Source of the DNA: Candidatus Heimdallarchaeota archaeon
GTDB taxonomy: Archaea; Asgardarchaeota; Heimdallarchaeia; Heimdallarchaeales; Heimdallarchaeaceae
Direction: 5' to 3'
DNA: 13,592 nucleotides
Assembly (NCBI GenBank): GCA_030668825.1
Contig: DAOVET010000071.1
Location: 1 to 13,592 of the forward strand
The position numbers and the translations under genes were made by a program. The notes beneath the pieces are model-generated. The model was given only the letters and a program-made list of their open reading frames with translations, searched no databases and was not told the DNA's origin. Shown in pieces: positions 9,773 to 13,592 of this stretch. Position 1 is the first letter of the stretch. The number at the start of each line of letters is the position of its first letter.

Positions 9773-10905
9773 TTTATCACCTTTCCTTTATACATTTGAA
9801 GACGTATATCTGATTGGTCTGCTCGCATAGTAATTGCAGAATAAACATCTTTAGAGAATTTTAGGTTGTTACTTTCTAAATCTATTGCTAAAAGGTCTCC
9901 ACTATAACCAACTTCAATTTGACCAATTTTCTTTTTAACTATTAAACCAGGATTAACTGTTACTGATTTTAAAACTTCCTTTGGTGAAAGATTTTGGTTA
10001 TTACTTCGGGCATTATAAAGCGTGAAAGCCATGAGTCTAAATGGATCAGGATTACAGAAAAGTACATTATCGGTTCCAAGACCAAGCAGAATTTCATTTT
10101 TTGATATAAGTTCCAAAGGTGGAAACTTCAATCCATTATACAAACTTGATATAGGACAACAAATAATGCTAATTTTGTTTTTACTTAGAAGTTTAAGTTC
10201 TTCTTCCTTTGAATAAGTTGCATGAACAATATAGTCAAAAGAATCGCAGTTTCCAATGAATTCTATATCGCGTTTCCCATATTTTGAGATTGATTCTGTA
10301 ATAATCTCTTCTGATTCAGAAGCATGTATTGCAACAAGTTTAGATGAATTATTCTCTTTTAACTTTGAAATGAGTTTCAAATCATCTTGAGTAACAGAAA
10401 AAATATCTCGGATGCCTAAACCATCACTTACCTCAATAATTTTTTCTAATGTATCTTTCTTTGTCTGACGACCTAAAATTATTCCTCGAATAGAGTATCT
10501 TTCTAGTTCATCTTTTAATAACTCTATTCCCTCAATTCCTTCTTCTCGGAAATCTATGAAAGAGGTATAACCATTTTGTACAAGCAATTCAAGGGAATTC
10601 TTTATGCTTTTAATTTTCTCCTCTTTAGAGCTAGTTCTGAATTTAGTATGTTTAACCCCTTTTGGACCTACAGCATCTTCTAGATTTAATCCATAAGTTT
10701 GATCCTTGAGGAAAGCATCTCCAACATGTGTATGACCATTGACGAATCCTGGAATAATAACATAAGAAGAAGGTAAAACATATTTAGTAGGTTTCCGTTC
10801 CTTGGAAATATTGATAATTGTTCCTTCACCATCTATCTGGATACTGACTCCTTGAACAAATGTCAAATCAGAGCCGATTAATGCATTTCCACGTACGGTA
10901 ACCAT
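9754..10905 (-). CDS. Metal-dependent amidohydrolase, deaminase-type (COG0402-like)
   Basis: PGFVNGHTHVGD (HxH), AIHASE (HxxE), IVHAT and LGLGTDN motifs, plus C-terminal GQIEVGYSGDL. Likely start is the ATG at 10905 (MVTVRG) rather than 10971. Confidence 0.9.
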   Translation of the reverse strand: MVTVRGNALIGSDLTFVQGVSIQIDGEGTIINISKERKPTKYVLPSSYVIIPGFVNGHTHVGDAFLKDQTYGLNLEDAVGPKGVKHTKFRTSSKEEKIKSIKNSLELLVQNGYTSFIDFREEGIEGIELLKDELERYSIRGIILGRQTKKDTLEKIIEVSDGLGIRDIFSVTQDDLKLISKLKENNSSKLVAIHASESEEIITESISKYGKRDIEFIGNCDSFDYIVHATYSKEEELKLLSKNKISIICCPISSLYNGLKFPPLELISKNEILLGLGTDNVLFCNPDPFRLMAFTLYNARSNNQNLSPKEVLKSVTVNPGLIVKKKIGQIEVGYSGDLLAIDLESNNLKFSKDVYSAITMRADQSDIRLQMYKGKVIKWKNLK

Positions 10906-10929
10906 TTTCAAGGGAGCGAGTGTATTCCA

Positions 10930-10946
10930 AGCTAATAAAGTCTTTG
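10930..10946 (-). promoter_or_regulatory. Putative archaeal BRE/TATA promoter of the amidohydrolase-arfC-cofG-cofH operon
   Basis: Minus strand reads CAAAGAC-TTTATTA, with the TATA-like box 28-34 nt upstream of the ATG at 10905. Confidence 0.4.
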
Positions 10947-10955
10947 TAGATATTA

Positions 10956-10967
10956 GAAAAAGAAGAA
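10956..10967 (-). terminator. Possible oligo-T terminator downstream of tnpB/omega-RNA
   Basis: TTCTTCTTTTTC on the minus strand, 12-25 nt beyond the inferred element right end. Confidence 0.3.
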
Positions 10968-11130
10968 TCACTAAACTTATGATGAGTTGTTGTCATCTTG
11001 TCGCTTGAGACAAGAGGGTGAGTGTCTTTCTTAGAGCTTATGGAGCAGTTCTATACTCACTCTAAGCGGATACATCACGTATCCTCCTACCCCGTTCACA
11101 CTACGTGGAGGTAGTGCTTTCGGATCGCTT
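10960..11130 (-). ncRNA. Putative TnpB omega-RNA (reRNA) scaffold plus 3' guide; boundaries approximate
   Basis: Dense hairpins overlap the tnpB 3' end: GGATAC/GTATCC (11068-11084), GTGAGT/ACTCAC (11018-11060) and TCTTGTC/GACAAGA (10996-11015). The position matches the known location of TnpB guide RNAs. Confidence 0.6.
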
Positions 11131-12287
11131 TTGATTAGTATATTAAATGCAGCATTGACATCAGCGTTGATGAGATGACCTTGCGCAGACCTGAACAAAC
11201 CTCGAGGTATTCTTCGCCCAGCATACTTCTGTCTCTTCTCTGGTAACTCGTTATCGAGAAAACTACATTTGGAGGTATATTTTTCAGGGATGAGGTCAAC
11301 GTTTATCCCTTTCTCTGCAGCCTTGTACTTCAAGATGGTGATAATTCTCATAAATGGGATAGCCACAAACATTTGGGTAATCTTCTTCCAGAAATGCATC
11401 CCTTGTTTCCACTTCTTATTGTAGCCGATAATTACCTCATGGAGGTTTCGTTCCGCCCACAGATTTACTAAGTAGTTAGTTAGTTTGTGAATAGCGTCTT
11501 TTAATTTCTTCCTCCATTTCTCTCGAAGTTTGTAATATGCTGGACCATAAACTAATCTGTTATTGACTTTCAGTTGGTTTCTTTGTTGTTGGACATATAG
11601 TTCCCGTAATTGTGTCTGTTTTTTCAAATAGTACTGAGTAATTGATTTTATTCCTTTCCCTGCATCCTTGATAACAATTGGTTGATTTCCAAGGTTATCC
11701 ACAAAGGTCACAAGGTTGACCATCCCTAAATCGATAGCTCCTTTTCTCTTGGGTCGTTTTCTGAGTTTGGGTAAAGTCTTCTGGTAGACTAGTTCAAGTG
11801 TATATCCTACTCTTCTTGGTACGACTCTCACTTCTCTTAATTTTGCTTGGGAAGTTAATCTGGTTCTGTAATTGAACCTTACCTTTTTAGGAAGAATTAA
11901 CCATCCATTGACAATCTTAGCTTGTTGATTAGAGAAAATCGCTACAACCTCTCCATCTTTAACCTTGTAATTTGGGGAATTAGGAATGGCGAAAAATGCT
12001 TCAGGGTTAGTCTTCCACTCTTTTCTTGCTTGAAAGTAACTTTTCCAATTCCTGCAAAGAAGTTTAATCGTATGTTGAGCAGTGTGAACAGGAAGAACTT
12101 TATAGCACTCCTCTTGGATGAGTAGAGTATTAAGGTCGTAGTAAAAGAGGAGTTTGTTGTCCTTTTTCAACGAATTCTTAATTAGAAAATTTGCGCGATT
12201 ATAGAGATTTTTGACTTGATGGCAAAGCTTACTTAATATTGGATGATAGTTTACTTCTATACATTCAACTCGAAGAACTTTTGGCAT
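11031..12287 (-). CDS. tnpB: RNA-guided endonuclease TnpB, RuvC-II-rearranged clade
   Basis: KNLYNRANF N-terminus; REVRVVP wedge strand; RuvC-I GAIDLG; IIGYNKKWKQ; PEKYTSKCSFLD; RGLFRS; RuvC-III INADVNAAFNI. Confidence 0.93.
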   Translation of the reverse strand: MPKVLRVECIEVNYHPILSKLCHQVKNLYNRANFLIKNSLKKDNKLLFYYDLNTLLIQEECYKVLPVHTAQHTIKLLCRNWKSYFQARKEWKTNPEAFFAIPNSPNYKVKDGEVVAIFSNQQAKIVNGWLILPKKVRFNYRTRLTSQAKLREVRVVPRRVGYTLELVYQKTLPKLRKRPKRKGAIDLGMVNLVTFVDNLGNQPIVIKDAGKGIKSITQYYLKKQTQLRELYVQQQRNQLKVNNRLVYGPAYYKLREKWRKKLKDAIHKLTNYLVNLWAERNLHEVIIGYNKKWKQGMHFWKKITQMFVAIPFMRIITILKYKAAEKGINVDLIPEKYTSKCSFLDNELPEKRQKYAGRRIPRGLFRSAQGHLINADVNAAFNILIKSDPKALPPRSVNGVGGYVMYPLRVSIELLHKL

Positions 12288-12308
12288 CGTAAATTTAACT
12301 AGAGTTTA

Positions 12309-12316
12309 GTATAAAA
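12309..12316 (-). promoter_or_regulatory. Putative TATA box for a leaderless tnpB transcript
   Basis: TTTTATAC on the minus strand 22-29 nt upstream of the tnpB ATG; no obvious RBS. Confidence 0.4.
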
Positions 12317-12550
12317 ACCCCTGAAATACTCGTAAAACAGTACACTTTAAGCGTATGTTTCATCTTCTTAAGGTGACAAAGTTACAATATCTTTTATAAT
12401 TTCTGTGAAAAGTTAATTTGGATACTAAGGTCGGTTGTCGATCCTGAAACCTAGCTGGTTTATCACTAATAATTAGACTTATAATTCAACCTTTTGAAAT
12501 TAACCTCAAGCACAATTATGTGAATATTCAGATGATTCCTATTGGCTTTT

Positions 12551-12803
12551 AAGGCTAGCTATTTGCACAGGTCCAGAACTTGATGCTGTAGCTCATGGGA
12601 CTGCTATCTATAGTACGTTTTTAGACAAAGACTATGGGAATCATAGTGGCACTTCTATGGCTTATCCCCATGTTGCAGGATTATGTGCATTAATATTGGA
12701 AGCACAATCAGTTCTCACTCCAGCACAAGTTAAGGATATACTCTCAATCACAGCAACTATTATGGTTCTACAGGTGTTGTACATGTGTTTGGCACCCTTT
12801 TGA
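12551..12803 (+). pseudogene. Subtilisin-like (S8) serine protease C-terminal fragment, decayed
   Basis: The frame from 12567 reads TGPELDAVAHGTAIYSTFLDKDYGNHSGTSMAYPHVAGLCALILEAQSVLTPAQVKDILSITA, with GTSMA at 12648-12662. An in-frame TAA lies at 12501, there is no start codon before the motif, and the Asp/His catalytic regions are absent. Confidence 0.85.
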
Positions 12804-12906
12804 AAGCTCACTATCTTACATGTAGGTGAATAAGACCTCCCACACATGAAAGATTGTACTCATTATATCTAAAACCCTTTGATACAAAAAACTAATCTTG
12901 AGATGA

Positions 12907-13592
12907 TTATTGTTTTGTTTGTTTCTTAAATATTTGAAGTTTTGGGGGAAGATGTTTATAGATAAGAACATAAGTGAAAACAGGAACAGCTAACCACAGA
13001 GGGAGCAGATATAATCCAAAGAGCTTAACCCAATTATCCCACTTTAACGGATCATGACCGTTTTCTACTTCCCATCCATCTAATAACCCGTCATTATCAG
13101 TATCTGGGTTAAAGAGTGATGTATGGTAAACTTTAGCTTCTTCGTAATTGGTTAAACCATCACCATCTTTATCCTCATAAGCATCATCAATGAGAGGGTT
13201 AAGCCCCACTTGAACCTCCCAACCATCGACAAAGCCATCGGAATCAGTATCACTTTTACTGCTATTAGTTTGGTAAAATTGTTCTGTTAAATCGTCAAGG
13301 TAGTCCCCATCTGTGTCCATCCAGCCAGTATGGTAAGCAGACCCCATAAAACAGGGCCAAGGAGAAATTTTTCCTTGTGTTTCTTGTTCTAAAGTTAAAC
13401 AGTACAAATTATTATCTTCAGACCCTACCAGAATTTCTAATATCCCATCCCCTTCAAGATCTGCTACACATGATCCTCTCCAAATAGAATCTCCAGTTGC
13501 ATATTGTTCCTGTAATTCCCCTAAATGATTAAGGTAATAGAGATTGTTATCCATAGAGCCTATAAACACCTCGAGAGTATTGTCACCATCAA
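12907..13592 (-). CDS. Membrane-anchored protein with FG-GAP-like repeats and TSP3-like Ca-binding repeats (5' end outside window)
   Basis: The frame stays open to the right edge (DGDNTLEVFIGS). Repeats DGDNTLEVFIGSMDNNLY and DLEGDGILEILVGSEDNNLY; WPCF...HTG; four DxDxDG-type repeats; C-terminal TM helix with a basic tail. Confidence 0.85.
   Translation of the reverse strand, partial: DGDNTLEVFIGSMDNNLYYLNHLGELQEQYATGDSIWRGSCVADLEGDGILEILVGSEDNNLYCLTLEQETQGKISPWPCFMGSAYHTGWMDTDGDYLDDLTEQFYQTNSSKSDTDSDGFVDGWEVQVGLNPLIDDAYEDKDGDGLTNYEEAKVYHTSLFNPDTDNDGLLDGWEVENGHDPLKWDNWVKLFGLYLLPLWLAVPVFTYVLIYKHLPPKLQIFKKQTKQ
13048..13317 (-). repeat. Four tandem DxDxD(G)xxDxxE calcium-binding (bacterial TSP3-like) protein repeats
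   Basis: DTDGDYLDDLTE, DTDSDGFVDGWE, DKDGDGLTNYEE and DTDNDGLLDGWE, arranged as two pairs. Confidence 0.8.

Larger units (their letters stand above)
10979..12400 (-). mobile_element. Non-autonomous IS200/IS605-family (IS1341-like, tnpB-only) insertion sequence; ends approximate
   Basis: Lone tnpB with no tnpA. Related subterminal hairpins TCATCTT...GGTGA occur at 10993-11021 and 12360-12376. Confidence 0.65.

Noticed and set aside
10906-10971. Hydrophobic 22-aa N-terminal extension (apparent signal peptide) on the amidohydrolase
   Set aside because: It arises from an upstream GTG and spans the putative promoter and T tract. A cytoplasmic enzyme starting at ATG 10905 is more plausible.
3664-12125. 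Short + strand ORFs 3664-3852, 6160-6351, 6361-6546, 9576-9830, 10022-10216 and 11922-12125
   Set aside because: They lie antisense within well-supported genes.
10970-12310. 8-bp inverted repeat ACTAAACT (10970-10977) / AGTTTAGT (12303-12310) flanking tnpB
   Set aside because: Short and AT-rich, so likely chance. IS200/IS605 elements lack terminal inverted repeats, and no target duplication is seen.
12447-12461. Near-palindrome AAACC-TAGCT-GGTTT
   Set aside because: Only a 5-bp stem in a single copy, so no function can be supported.
11031-12560. Cas12f/CRISPR or IS607 interpretation of the RuvC protein
   Set aside because: No repeat-spacer array, cas gene or serine recombinase was found on either side.
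12662-12847. 61-aa minus-strand ORF
   Set aside because: Antisense to the subtilase fragment, which explains the sequence better.

Overview
AT-rich, probably archaeal window. The GGTGA/GAGGT ribosome-binding sites, split cofG/cofH, stand-alone Rib7/ArfC reductase and large membrane-anchored surface proteins suggest an Asgard/Heimdallarchaeia-like source, which is inference only. From left to right: (1) an Hrq1/MrfA-type DEAH helicase with DUF1998 that runs off the left edge and is missing from the ORF track; (2) a divergent small Cys-containing protein; (3) a 1024-aa Ig-fold surface protein; (4) a membrane-anchored winged-HTH regulator; (5) an operon of four overlapping genes, amidohydrolase/deaminase > arfC(rib7) > cofG > cofH, for FO/F420 precursor synthesis; (6) a transposase-less IS200/IS605-type element with a RuvC-rearranged TnpB, matching end hairpins and a structured omega-RNA region; (7) a decayed subtilase fragment, also missing from the ORF track; and (8) a partial FG-GAP plus Ca-binding-repeat membrane protein. 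The most interesting signal is the COG0402-type deaminase coupled to the reductase-only arfC and FO synthase genes. It is a candidate for the archaeal pyrimidine deaminase step of riboflavin/F420 biosynthesis, which to my knowledge is unassigned.
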